Assembly: GCA_012295275.1 (NCBI GenBank)
Contig: CM022679.1
Location: 14,322,001 to 14,386,000 of the forward strand
Direction of reading: 5' to 3'
Origin: Chrysomallon squamiferum
Taxonomy: Eukaryota; Animalia; Mollusca
DNA length: 64,000 nt
Of the stretch, positions 14,508 through 27,858 are shown one piece after another. Each line of letters begins with the position of its first letter. The stretch's first letter is position 1. The notes beneath the pieces are model-generated. The model was not told where the DNA came from. It worked only from the letters and a program-made list of their open reading frames with translations, and searched no databases. The translations under genes and the position numbers were made by a program.

Positions 14508-15396
14508 TTAAATAGCAGAAATTTATTAAGTTAATTTTTTTATTACATTTTTTATCAAATGTTTTCTTTTCTTTTTAATTTGGTATAGTGTAAAATTGTA
14601 TTTGTGCAAAAAAAAAAAAAAAAAAACGAAAAAAAAAAAAACTGGAATATTAATTAAGATGTCATGTATTTTAAAAGTTAGAAAATTTAACTACTTAATT
14701 ATGAAGTACTTGTTTAATATTGGTGTTGAAATGTGTTTGAGAAAGGCATGGAAGTTATTAAACAGCATGTTTTGTGGAGTTCTGGCAGAGATTTGGCATT
14801 TTGATGCATGTTTCTAAGCATGCATTGACAAATTCATACATTTTTTATTGCAGTATATATAACTGTAAAATATAGACACATATATGTGTATTTATGTTTG
14901 TTTGTGTGTGTGTCTGAGTGCAACAGATGTTCAAGTCCTGAGTATGCGTTATTATTATTATTATTACAATCAGATTTACACTGGAAATGTGTTACTATGG
15001 TTATTTGTCTAGGCAGCAGTTTGTTTCAAACTAGGTTAAATATTCTCACATCATCTACATATTATATGCCTTAGTAATTCAATAATCAGGTTTATGGTAT
15101 TTCATATTGTCGGGTTTGTGGTATTTTAAATGATAATTTTTCTAGGTATTAGAAAGGATCATATTTTTGGTATTCGAAATTATCATCTTTGTAGCATTGC
15201 AAATGATTTTCAAATATGATTTTTCTTCTCATTATCTAAGAATAAAGGAAATAAATTATTTTAAAAAGTCAAATTAAATTTAAAAAGTTACACAAAAAGA
15301 GAAGAATATGATTATAGAAAACATAACTTCATTTTCTGTGAATTGTTTTATAAGATGATGATCAAAATAACATTTAGTTAATAATAATAAAAAAAA

Positions 15397-15452
<56 letters not shown>

Positions 15453-16842
15453 TAAATAAATAAATAATAATAATAATAAAATGATGATGATGATGAAGAT
15501 AATTATAATTCAACAACAACTATAATAAAAAAAAATAAAAAAAATAAAAGTAATGTTCCATTAACTTGTGCAATATACAAATTACGTCACGGCTGAATGA
15601 AATTATTGACAGCCCATCAACTGCTATTAGAATTAGTAACAGGTTTGAATAATGCATGTCTGCAAGATTTCCATTTACTTTTATTAATCAATACTGCCGC
15701 CATAGCGACATGAACAGCTATGTCTCTACCTCGCTCACCAGGCAACCCATACCTTGACAGATCAATACTGAAATAATTGATCTGTGGCTGTGTGCAGGTA
15801 AACGTGAATCAACTTTCATTTACCTGTGTCTGCCAACGATGCTTGCAGCACTTGCAGCATCAGCTTTTTTTTTTTTTTTTTACCTGTGAAAATTGTTTAC
15901 CTGGATAAATGCTTTTGTTAAATTCTGATTCCATGGAATAGACAAAAGGTTTGGGTGAGGTATTACATCAAATAGTTGTTATGGATTTTTCACTGATGTT
16001 GAACAGGGAATGAAAAGAAGTCATTTTGGATGCATTTCCATTGTTGAACAGTTTATAATAGGAGAAGGTGTCTTTAAAATAAGCAGCTGGTTTTTTTTTC
16101 TAAAGGTATTGTTGATTTTTAATTGTTTGAAAAAATATTCAGAAATCTGATCTAGAGCTGGACAAAGAGTCTGTGTTTGTTGTTTTGAATTGAGCCTCAA
16201 ATCACAGCACTGATGTTTTTGTGTAAACTGTCACGTGTGTATTTCTGTCTTTGTTTCCATCTGAATATTTAATGTTGTTTCCTCGTCAAAAAGTTTCTGT
16301 TCACTGAATTGGCTACCATTAGCATAAAAAGGAAATATTAACATGCATGTTTCCACGTGAATTTTTCTGTGAGTTTCCACATTTAATTGCCAGTAGCAAA
16401 AGAAAGGTTTGGAAAGAGTTGTGATATATTTTCTTATTTTAATTTCTACAGTGGAGAAATTATGTAAATAATAAAATGGTTTCCACATTAATTTCTTTAT
16501 GAGTTTCATATGAGTTATATTAAAATCTTTCATAGTCAGATAAATGGTTACAAAAGTGTCATTGCAAGTTATTCATGTAGGTTTCTGTAGGAGTTTCATA
16601 TGAGTTATTTATGATATATTTAGTTTCTGTATAAATTTCCATACCAGTTTCCCAGTTAGTTTCGTAAGTTTTATTACACTTACATTAGTTTCTGTTCATG
16701 TTTCCATATCAGTTCTACACTGAGTTTGTATATAAGTTCCATTTGAATTTATGTGTGAGTTAATTTCCATGTTAATTTCCATGAGTTTCTGTGTTATTTT
16801 TATGAGTTTCTGTGTTATTTTCACTAACTTTTTCACCATCAG

Positions 16843-16899
16843 CGAGGACGTTTCCGACCAAGATCTCATTCCATACATTCACTGAGAGACAAGAAAAAG
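16843..16899 (+). CDS. SORBS cassette exon, 57 nt, phase 0-0 (RGRFRPRSHSIHSLRDKKK)
   Basis: Consensus branch point cactaac at about 16822, tttttcaccatcag acceptor, AAG|gtaaac donor, frame-preserving. Confidence 0.75.
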
Positions 16900-19849
16900 G
16901 TAAACATTTTGACATGTCACTCCACGACATGCTGCTGCTGTTGTAGTTGCAGTTGTAACAGCTAGTGGGATCATCAAATGGTGGCTGCTGTTACTGTTAG
17001 ACTGTTGTCTAATGCTTTGGTTACTAGTTTTAATCTTTTTGTTCTGCACCTTAGTTTAGCTTTGCTTTGTTCAGTTTAACTGTCAATTTAAAAGGAGTCA
17101 GTCTGGAATTTTGTCTTAAACATTTTAATCAAAACACTCCATGGAGTCCATAATAATAGCAGTGTTCCATCAGTACCCCTTACAACACTCACACATACTC
17201 ACACACACACAAAAACAATCCCAAAACCCTAAAAACAACAAACAAGCAAAGACAAAACAAAGTCACTGTTACCAGTCACAAGTTATTTTCATTTTATGGC
17301 ACATCAAAACCCCTAAAACCTCATATAAAATCCTGAAAATATCAAACAATAACAACATTATTTATTACTTGATTTAAAATCACAATTGAGCCAAAATTCA
17401 TGACTGATTCTCTTTAAAATGATTGTAATGTAGAATAGAGTGCTTGAGTGAAAACATCATCTGAATGATCTTCCAAACTTTCTTCATCTAAGTCTTAATA
17501 AATGATATTTTCCTAATCTTTTACAACAGTATAATAACCTTACCATCTTCTGTGATTATTTTAAAGTAAAACAAGTTCACCAGCACTAACAAGTAAGTAT
17601 ATACCAGAAGTGAATTAAGTGGAAAAAACCAAAGCTTTTGTTTAGGGGAGGGAGTAAGGAAAGGATTTGTGAGGGACAGGTAAATACATTTGAAGAAAAT
17701 TAGGAAAAAATGGTCTGATTTCTGAATTGGGCTGACTTTGGGAATATTATAATAAAATGTAATAAATTAATAACCATTCTTTGAGCATAGTTATAAAATA
17801 AAAGAATAAAAACTTAAACCTGTGTATTAGGACAAATGAATAGCTGTTAAATTTATGGTGGCTAGGAGAGATCAGCAACAACAATTGTGAAAAATGTCAG
17901 AATAATAAAGCAGAATATGTCAAGGAAGGTAGGAAAGTTCAAGGTCAGATGGAGGATTGATTAAAAATTTTAATTATTTATGAGAAAAGCATTAGGAGAT
18001 GAAGGATAGCACTGAACAAAAAGAAATAAAGGAAAGAAATGTAGACAGCATAGGTTTTGTGAATGAATGTGTTAGTGGACTGGTGATGTTAGTTTAAAAT
18101 ACTAATAAAACTAAGCTAACTCAGTCTGTGTTGTTGTCTGTTGTTGTGACTGCACTAAATATTAAAATCTGGTTGTTGTGTCGTTAACATCTTAGTAACA
18201 TCTGCTTGCTGTGATGTTCAGAAGAGACTAATAAAACACTGTTTTCATTTCTGTAATGTGTCAAATTCATATATTAACATTTAATAATTAAGTTTTACAA
18301 ATTAAGTTTTAAAATCATTAGTATAAGATGTGTTACATTTATATTTCTCTCATACTGCTAAATCTACATCTATTCTGTTAATACATATATATTATTATTA
18401 TTATTATTATTATACAAACATTAGTCAGTTAATCTTATACCTACATCTGTGAATTAATGTAATATTCTACATATATGTATACTGTATACCAGATACTTCA
18501 TGTTTATTAAATATATTCTTATTCTTTATATATTTCTATATTATTAAAAACAGACTGGTTATCAGATATCAACCTATATTTTTCATACTTGTGTATTATA
18601 AAGCATATTTTATATACCTATTTATTATAAGATATTTGTTTACATGATATTTACTTGCACTTTACATACCTACATATTTAGAACATGCTCCAGTTTCTTT
18701 TCATAAATGCATACCTATCACTTTAATGTAACCTCTAAAAGGTGAATCTGTTTATTTGAATGAATATGCAAATTCAGGTAGCAGTGTTATACCTGCAGTA
18801 ATAAATACTTCATACCTGAAAAGTCAGGTGTGCCTTCATACGAAGTTCATTGACAGGTGTAATATACCTGGAAAAAAAAAGGAGATGATATCTCAAAGCA
18901 ATTTACGATACAGCTCTATTTAATAAAGTGAAACTGAATATGCTATATAAGTGCATGTATCTATATATATATGCATGTGTTTATATGCATAAAACAAACA
19001 AAGAAGAACATGAACACACATAAATATATTTCCTTTATCTTGCAAAATAATTTTGAAAAATAAAATACATTCATAAACATAATTATATAACTGCATTCAT
19101 TATCTGTTAAAATTTAAAAAATAGAAATAAAAAATATGCAAATGTTGTTGTTTATTAATATGATTATTTAGGTTAAAACTGGACACACAATCTTTTAAAA
19201 TATAAATATTATGCATTTGATCCTCAAGTACAATATAAAATGTTCAGCATTTCAGAATTTCATATATTTAAATAGAATTTTTTTTTTAAAAAATATTGAC
19301 AAACTTTATTTGTAAATGTGATTAAAAAAGATGTGTTTTATGAAACTATTGTTATTTCTAATAGTTTTTAATTTTTTTGGGGTTTAATTTTTAATTAATA
19401 ATTAAGAAAACAACAACATTTGCTATAAAATTATCATTTCTAATTCAAAAATAAATTAAATCTTTAGGTTGTAATAAATAATGCTTTCACAAATACATCA
19501 TTCAATGAACATAACATCTTTTACAGATAAATTTGATTAGTAGATATTGATTATGCATTTTATGATTCTAATTTCTATGCATGAACATTTTTGAATGTTG
19601 TTACAGTATTTAAAAATAAAATAATATAAAAGGCATGTGTGAAGAGCATGTTATCCTATTAAAAAATCAACACCATATGCTGTTTATTAATGAGGTGTTT
19701 TTATATATATATATAAAATTAATATGTATATATGTGCATGTTACATAGTGTAAGATGTGTTATCGTGTATATGTCACAGTAACTTGGCTAATACAAATAA
19801 TGAACTTGTTTTTGTTGTTATATTTTATTTCATTGTTTGATATTTCCAG

Positions 19850-19899
19850 GGTATTGTACATAATCCACCAATAGAAAAACCAGGAGAATTCAGCAGCTA
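19850..19899 (+). CDS. SORBS exon, 50 nt, phase 0-2 (GIVHNPPIEKPGEFSS)
   Basis: tatttccag acceptor, CTA|gtaagt donor; bridges phase 0 to the phase-2 exon at 37759. Confidence 0.82.
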
Positions 19900-21214
19900 G
19901 TAAGTAATATTTTTTATATTATAGTTATTCTGTGACTGATTGATTAGTTTGTCTGTTTGTCTGTATGTTTGTTTTACAGAGTTTTATTGCTTTTTCTTAA
20001 TTAAAAAGAATTTAGAAAATTCAGGTTTTTTTTATGGTTGTATTACAAAGAATTTTTATTTATTTATTTATTTAGTTTTTTTTAAAGAATAACTGTGGTT
20101 AAAAAAGAAAAGGTACATTTTAAAATAAAATAAAAAAGTACAGCATCGCTATAAATTAGTACATGGGTCTTGCTGCTTTTAGTTTTTATTATACAGTCTG
20201 GAGTGGAATAATTCAGAATTCTTTTTAATTTTTAGAAAAAAAATTTCATTGATAAATTGTTCATATCAGCCATATGTCTTTTTACCTTTTTTTTATTATT
20301 TAAAAGTACTGTATTTGTTATTTCACTTATTATTTTGTTGTTGTTGTTTTTTTATTTATTTAATTTTAATTTTATATTATGTTGTGTATCTTATTTTATT
20401 ATTTAATTATATTTATGTTTCTTTTTACATCCAATTTATGTATTTACTTTTACATTTTTATTTTATATTATTTTATATATTTTAATCTTTTTTAAAATTA
20501 TTATTTTACACATTTTGGTTTTTGACAATGAGATGCTATTTCACAATCTTGAAACAAACTCTTAATGTGTTTAAAATCAAGAGCTCTAATTCTGAAACTG
20601 TTACCACTCATAATTCTGTGAGTTGTTTTCATTTTGTGGCACCAGAAAGGATTGCAGTAGCTTTCACAAAATATTTCACACACATGGGAACAATATGGGA
20701 AATAATTAACAATTTGTTCCACTTTTACTCACTGACTCAAAATTCTCGTCGACCTTTCCTGAATTTAAAATACAAGAAGCAGGCCAAGCAAAATTCTGGT
20801 GGCTTCCATGTTTGAAAGAAAAAGAAAAGTTTAAGAGAATCTTTTGAACAGAGGGCTAAAACAAAATCTTGTTGGCTCACCTGTTGGGTTATTTTCCAAT
20901 CCAGACAGTGCTCTGTAGATTATATTTATTTCACAATGACCACAGTATTGAAGTCTGTTGAAATACTGGTTTTATAGTTTTAATATGTGGGTTTTTTCTA
21001 TTATGTTAAGATGGTATGGAAAATAATTACTATGAAAAGATATATGTGAAAACAAAAATAAGATTAAAAATAAGATATATATATATATATACAAAATAGA
21101 AATTTTTGAGAAAAGAAGTCATCATGTTTGATGGAGGGATGATTCCGATAATGAAACTGTTATGACCAAAATTAGCTTTTAATTTTGATATCAGAAAAAA
21201 ATGTGTGTTTGGAT

Positions 21215-21236
21215 GAGTGTGTGTGTGTATGTCTGT

Positions 21237-21286
<50 letters not shown>

Positions 21287-21288
21287 GA
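21215..21288. repeat. (GT)n microsatellite
   Basis: Directly visible. Confidence 0.9.
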
Positions 21289-23958
21289 TTGAAAGTGTAA
21301 ATATTTAATATCAGTATTTTAGAACCATTTTTCCCGACACAGAAATCACTTAACATTGGTCTTTGACAAACCAGGTGTTCAACACTCAAACAAAACAGAA
21401 CCTAATGTTAGATTAGTATAATACCTTTTTATCTTTTTCTTTGTCTCAGATCTGCAGTGTTTTCAGTATTGAAATTTATCTGTAATCTAGGAAAAAACTA
21501 ACTAAACTGTGTTTAATGAAGCTTCAGATTTTTGTTTTCTTTCTTACTGACTTCATCTTGAATATTTTACACTGTGCTATAACACCTGCCATTTTTTTTT
21601 TTTTTTTGTCACAAAACTTTAATGCTTTGTCTTTTTTATTTGGAGCATTTCAGGTTATTTTTATTCTCACCCTTAAAAAAGAAAATTTTATTTCAAAAAA
21701 AAAAAAAAAAAAAAAAGAAGAAGAAGAAGAAAAAAAAGAAATGGAAGTATTTTATGAGTTATTTCATGGTTCAGTGAGGTTTTGACTGAGATCAAGATAA
21801 CAACTTTCACATAGTTATAAATATGTAATGTAATTTTTTGAAATGTGTTGTTATTTATTAAAGAAACCACAAGAAATATCTGTTTTGTACTTAAATGTTG
21901 GTTCATAATGTAAAAAATTTTTTTTTTTTTTTTTTTTTTGTATTTTAAGAAGCATACATTTACCTATACAAACACATGCTAAAAAAAAAACACACATAAT
22001 TTTTAAGGAAATATATATATATATGTGCATTCACACATACAGAGTGCAAGGGTATACATACATTTGCTTAAAACACACATACACACACATCATTATTTTT
22101 TTTCAAATTTAAATATGTTATTAAAATTTTAATTGAATTCATTTGAAATTTAAAGATTTTTGAATTTTAGAGATAGTTTTAAAATTTAGTTCAATTTATT
22201 TGAATTTAAAAACGCTATTTAAATTTAACTGAGTAAAAAAGAAAAACAAGTAAATAATTAAAACAAGATTTTAATACATCAGTTTCAGAATATACATTAA
22301 AATGTATGATAGTTGAAAGTACAAAAAAAAAAAAAATTTCAAATTAAACTGAATTCTTTATAATTTAAACATATTACATAAATTTATTTCAATCTTTAAA
22401 ATTTAAAATTCTTATTTAAATTTTTATCAAAACAAAGTCCTGGATACAGTTTCTCAAGAAAGATTTAAAAATGGTTGTTGTGGTTCTTTCACCCCTCGAA
22501 CTCCTGTACACACTTTCAAAATATTTTTCTCTCCTTTGATGTGTGTCAATAGGGGCCAGTTTTCATCTGAACATTTTCTTTCATTTCGCTGTCAACATCA
22601 AGTAGTTTTGATTGACTTGGAACAGAACCGTAATATTCTCATCATCTCATCATTTCCTTTGTCCATCCATTGTCATATTTCATTTGTTCTCTTTATCAGA
22701 GAGGCATGCTTTTCAAACGAAAGCCAGCAGCTATTTTTAGCGGGGTTTCAACGATTTTTAACCACAGTCCATCGTTTTGTCAGACTTTTCCATTATTCTC
22801 CCTTGTTTGGAAACTGGAAACAGCTGTTGAAGTTCATAGCTGGTTGGTAGGAGTTGCAAATGATTGGAATACTTCAGTTTGTGTTCAGTTTCTTTTCTTG
22901 TTTTTTTTTTTTTAAATAAATATTTTTATTGATTTAATCTCCCATTTTATTTGATTATATTTGTATTTTGAAATTGCTTTCTTGGGTTTTTTTTGGCTTT
23001 GTAAGTCTGATTTGACATTTATTTATTATTATTATTATTATTTTTTTTTTTTGTCATTTTCTGAACAATGGTGTTGTTTATCACAAGACATATTTAAATG
23101 ATTTTTAATTTTTTTTTTAAATCCAATATATACTCACACAGTTAATGCAACTATATTGAATATATGGATATATGTAATACACAATACACATACCAGTTTG
23201 AAAAGAAAATAATCTGAATGTCCTGTCATTTATAAAAGAAAGCTTAATAAGATCTCTTCAGCTGAATGGTTTTAAAATTCAAATCTCTCAGGTCAAAGGT
23301 CATTCAGTGAGCTGGGAGACTTTTTTTTTCTTTCTTTCTTTCATTCTGGGCTGGCACTGCTCTGCCTTTAACTAAGCATATTGTCCAAACACACGCAGAG
23401 AGCGAGCGAGCGAGCGAGAGACTGAATTGGCTGTTGATAATTGTGTGGGATTTAAAGATCTGTTCAGCGGCTACCCAGTCTTTCACACATCAAAGATGTG
23501 ACAGAGCACTGGCGTGTCCTGGGACATATATCTCCTGTATTACACAAGGTCACATATACATAGTATATATAATATTTCAAATTAAAAGGGATGTGTCTGT
23601 GTATTAGTACCACATTCACGTGCACGTGTTTGTGACCTACCTGTCACACTTTCTTAAGTGGATTGTGCTGGAGATTCTCCGTATTTTCTGTATTAAATGA
23701 CACCATATACAATATCTTTATTATACAGAAGGGGATATATATGCTGGTATTGGATTTCACATACACATTTTCGTGATCTCTCTGCTACATATTACACTTT
23801 CTAAAGTGGATTGTGCTGGACTTTTACAATGACTATCAGATGAGATCACACAGAAATGTATATATATAATATGTGCTGGTATTACACACACGTTTGTGAC
23901 CTATCTGCTGTATGTTAAACTGTGCTGAGTGGATACTGTGGGGAGACATGAGTTCAGC

Positions 23959-23999
23959 ATGCAGCAGTTGATAAACTCACTGTACGCACAGCAGAACGG
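23959..23999 (+). CDS. Probable alternative first coding exon of a short SORBS isoform (MQQLINSLYAQQNG)
   Basis: ATG at 23959, in-frame TGA upstream at 23926, strong CGG|gtaagt donor in phase 2 matching the exon at 37759, and no good pyrimidine tract upstream. Confidence 0.65.
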
Positions 24000-26126
24000 G
24001 TAAGTTTGTCTGTCCTCCACCCTCACACTTTGTCAACACAGCTGTTGTCAAACTAGTCACTGTTACAACTAGGTTACATTATAAGCAATATGTTACATTT
24101 CAAACTCTCTCTCTCTGTGTGTTAGATTTTAAGTAGTGTCTAAGTTAAGTTTTAAACATTATAGTATATTTTATATATAGTTTATTTTAGATTATGAATA
24201 TAGAGTATACTTTAGATTTAAAATACTGTCTATGTTAGATTTTAAATATTGTCTGCATCATGTTTTAAACATTATATATGTGTTTTAAATACTGCCTACT
24301 TCAGATTTTAAATACTGTATACTTCAGATTTTAAACATTGTCTATGTTAGAATTTAAACAATATTTTAGATTTTAATTACTGTCACATTTTTATATAATG
24401 TTTGTTAGATGTTGAATACTTTCTACTTCAAATTTTATTTACTAAGTTAAATTTTAAATATTGTCCTGTATATGAATTTTTATTATTATTTTTTTTTTTC
24501 AAAGAGAATTAAATTTTGTTAATTTATTACTAACATGCTTCTTTACAATTTAAACACTAATCATTTCTTATCAGAATTTTCTCTTATATGTAAGTGCTTT
24601 TATGCATTGATTTTTATATATTTTCTGTCAAAATTAAATATCTTTTGAATTTACTGCTGTCACAGTTGCAGTTTTAACATATTTCTAAAGCTGTTATAAT
24701 TGAAACCTACTTTTATATTAAGAAAAAAAATTGCTATGTGAATTGATTATTTGATATAATTTACAAAATTCTTAGTTTGGTCTGAATGAAAATCAAATAT
24801 TTTGCCTCTGGACTTTATTAAGAAGATTGTTTGAAAGAAAGATGAATTTTACACAATCAGAATTAATCTAATATATAATTAATACTGATTTCGAAACTTA
24901 ACACATTTGAAAAACTTTTAATTTTTTCTTCAGCTTTAACCCCAAAACTGTCAAAATGCATTCACTTTGATCACTCTCAATGTAATCGTTTAGCACTGAT
25001 CTGTACAGTACTCTCTGGTTAAAGCCGTAGTTAAACATTCCACTGAAGTTAAATTCACTAACACCTTTTCTAATATTAGCTTCTTCCTGAGGGTACAGTA
25101 TTAGAATATCCTTTTTTGTTTTATCTAAATGTTAAATAAAACTGATATTCAAACCTGTATTATTTTATAAAAAAAATATCTTTTCCTTTTTTTACAATAT
25201 GTAATATTACAATACTCCACCTTTATCTTTTTATTAGGTATTAAATAACTATGACTTTATAAATCTTAATAATTTTACTGCATATTGTGGTGCAGTATTT
25301 CCAGAGGTGTTAAAAATGATTTTCAGACCATTAGATTTTTAAAGCAGATTTCTGTGCAGTGTACGTGACTTTTTAACTTTTAATGTGATATTACAGTAAC
25401 TTCCTCTTTTTTATTTAATAAATATTTAATTTTTAGATTTCAAACCATATTTTTGTGCAGTATGTGACATTACAATCTCCATTTAAAAAAATAAAATAAA
25501 ATAAGATATTAAACAGAGCTATAATTTTCAAACCTTTATACTATTATAGAATATTTGTTAACATTACAATACCCTTTATTTAATTTTTAAGATATTAAAT
25601 AGAACTATGATTTTCAAACCCATGTACTTTCAAACCATATTTTTGTTCAATATGTGTACCCTTTTTCTCAGTTTTTAAAATATAACATATAACCAAAATT
25701 TTTACAACTTTCACAATTTACTATCATATTTTAATGTCGTATCTGACATATGGGTGTACGTATACATAAGTTATATCACGGTAGATGGTGGAATACTGCT
25801 GTAAACCGAGACAGTTGAACTGTCAGTGTGTTTGACCAGCAGGGTGGCTAGGTACTAGAGTTACATTATTGTCACTTGGCTTATCACACAGTCCGTGGAG
25901 GTCAGCCCCACTCATGTGTTTAATTGCTTTGGTTTTTATAGATCAGCTTTATATCCAGCTATTGTTAGTGTTGTTAATAGTCGCTTTGTTTCTTGGATTA
26001 TGTTGAGTATGTGTTGTGGTTTTTTTTTTTCTTTTCTTCCTGCTAGTACTGATAAAATTTTATTATCATATTTTTGTTTTTCTCTTCTGTTATATTCTTT
26101 CTCTTTAATTTACTTTAGATTCAGCA

Positions 26127-26147
26127 ATCTCTCTCTCTCTCTCTCTC

Positions 26148-26213
<66 letters not shown>
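26127..26213. repeat. (CT)n microsatellite
   Basis: Directly visible. Confidence 0.95.
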
Positions 26214-26217
<4 letters not shown>

Positions 26218-27814
26218 GCTGTTTTTCACTCTCTCTTTGTGGGTATATCTGTCTCTTACATTTTCTGTCTTTCTATCTGGCAATCTGCATATCTTTCTCT
26301 CTCTTTTCTTTCTCTCTCTCATGTTGTAAATCATTAAACAAACACAAACAAATTAGGGTGTTAGCTAAAATAAATATTAACAAATAAAACATGAATGTTT
26401 TATAAATCTCTTAGATTAGTATTTCATATGTATCTATACTTAACATGTACGTACACACACACACACACACATACATGCACACACACCCACACACACACCC
26501 CACACACACACATACATGCACACACACACACATACATGCACACATGCACACATACATCTCTTATTGATGTTGTATTTATTATTTGCTGGTGTTTTTATTG
26601 CCTACTGAGTATGTTGATTGTTTGCAGTTTCCTTTATTTTTCTCTTCCTAGTAGCTAAGTTTCATATTTCACCAATGTTTATGAAGAAAATCATTTTATA
26701 TTAATTATTTTCACAACAAAATGTGCTGCAAACTGATAATATAATATTACATAACTTTTAAAGTTTACATAATATGAGCCATTTTGGAAAATAATTGAAA
26801 AGCAATTTTTTTATTTAAAAAAAAAAAAATTATACTAGAACTTAACTGAAGGTTTTTATTTATTTTTAAATTGAGCTAATTTGTAGAATTTTTGTTTACT
26901 CTCCTTTTTAATGACTTGTTCAATTAGAGTTGGAACCAAATGCTTTTTCTCAAGAACAAATTGTGTATTTATTTATTTAACACAGCCTTGTATGCAGATG
27001 ATGTGGAAGCAATGTCAGTGTGATTTGTGGTTTTAAGTTCAAAACTGTGAGGCTGATTCAAATTCTGTATTTCAGAGCTAACGTCAGTATGATTTAAATG
27101 TGGCGTTAACTTATTTTTCTGTTGAATATTTTACAAGTCAAACTTGTGGTTACATCAGTTACTTCCTTCTTTATCTATTAATCTGAAAACTGAAGGGGAA
27201 AAACACATCTTCAAATCTTCAAGTACATCTTTTGAAAATGTAGCAATTTTCTGCTGATCCAAATAAGATGAGAAAAGACATCACCATACCATAATTCATG
27301 ACAAAAAACAGCAATACTCAAATACCATGGCTATGTCATGGGCTGATGTTAATTATTAAGAGTTTTTCACTGTCACAGAAATGTGTATTAGTATTATGTA
27401 TGTGCATTATGCATTAGTATGTATATGAGCATGATCAAATGCTGTGAACAATGAGACATGACAATATTTTATCTTCTTTTCAGTAAATAAAAAATATAAA
27501 TAAATAAATAAAATTGATATATAAATCAAATTTCAAAATACTTAAAATATAATTTAAAAAATTATTTTGATGTATATTTTGAAATTGTCTTATTATCAAA
27601 ACAGTTTTTGTACTGAGCTGCATTTATGCAGTTAGTAATTAACTGGTTTTCTTTTACTTTGTTTGCCTTACTTTGAGACACCAGAATAGAATTTCTGAAT
27701 ACAAACAGATATATTTAAATATATGCACCGTTATCTTTGAATATTGTTATCTACAAATGAATAAATAAATATTTAATATCAATTTAATACTTTTAATCAA
27801 TAGATACTAAAGAT

Positions 27815-27858
<44 letters not shown>

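Noticed and set aside
22536-22915. Overlapping ORFs or an additional first exon upstream of the internal promoter
   Set aside because: No recognisable protein and no strong phase-compatible donor.
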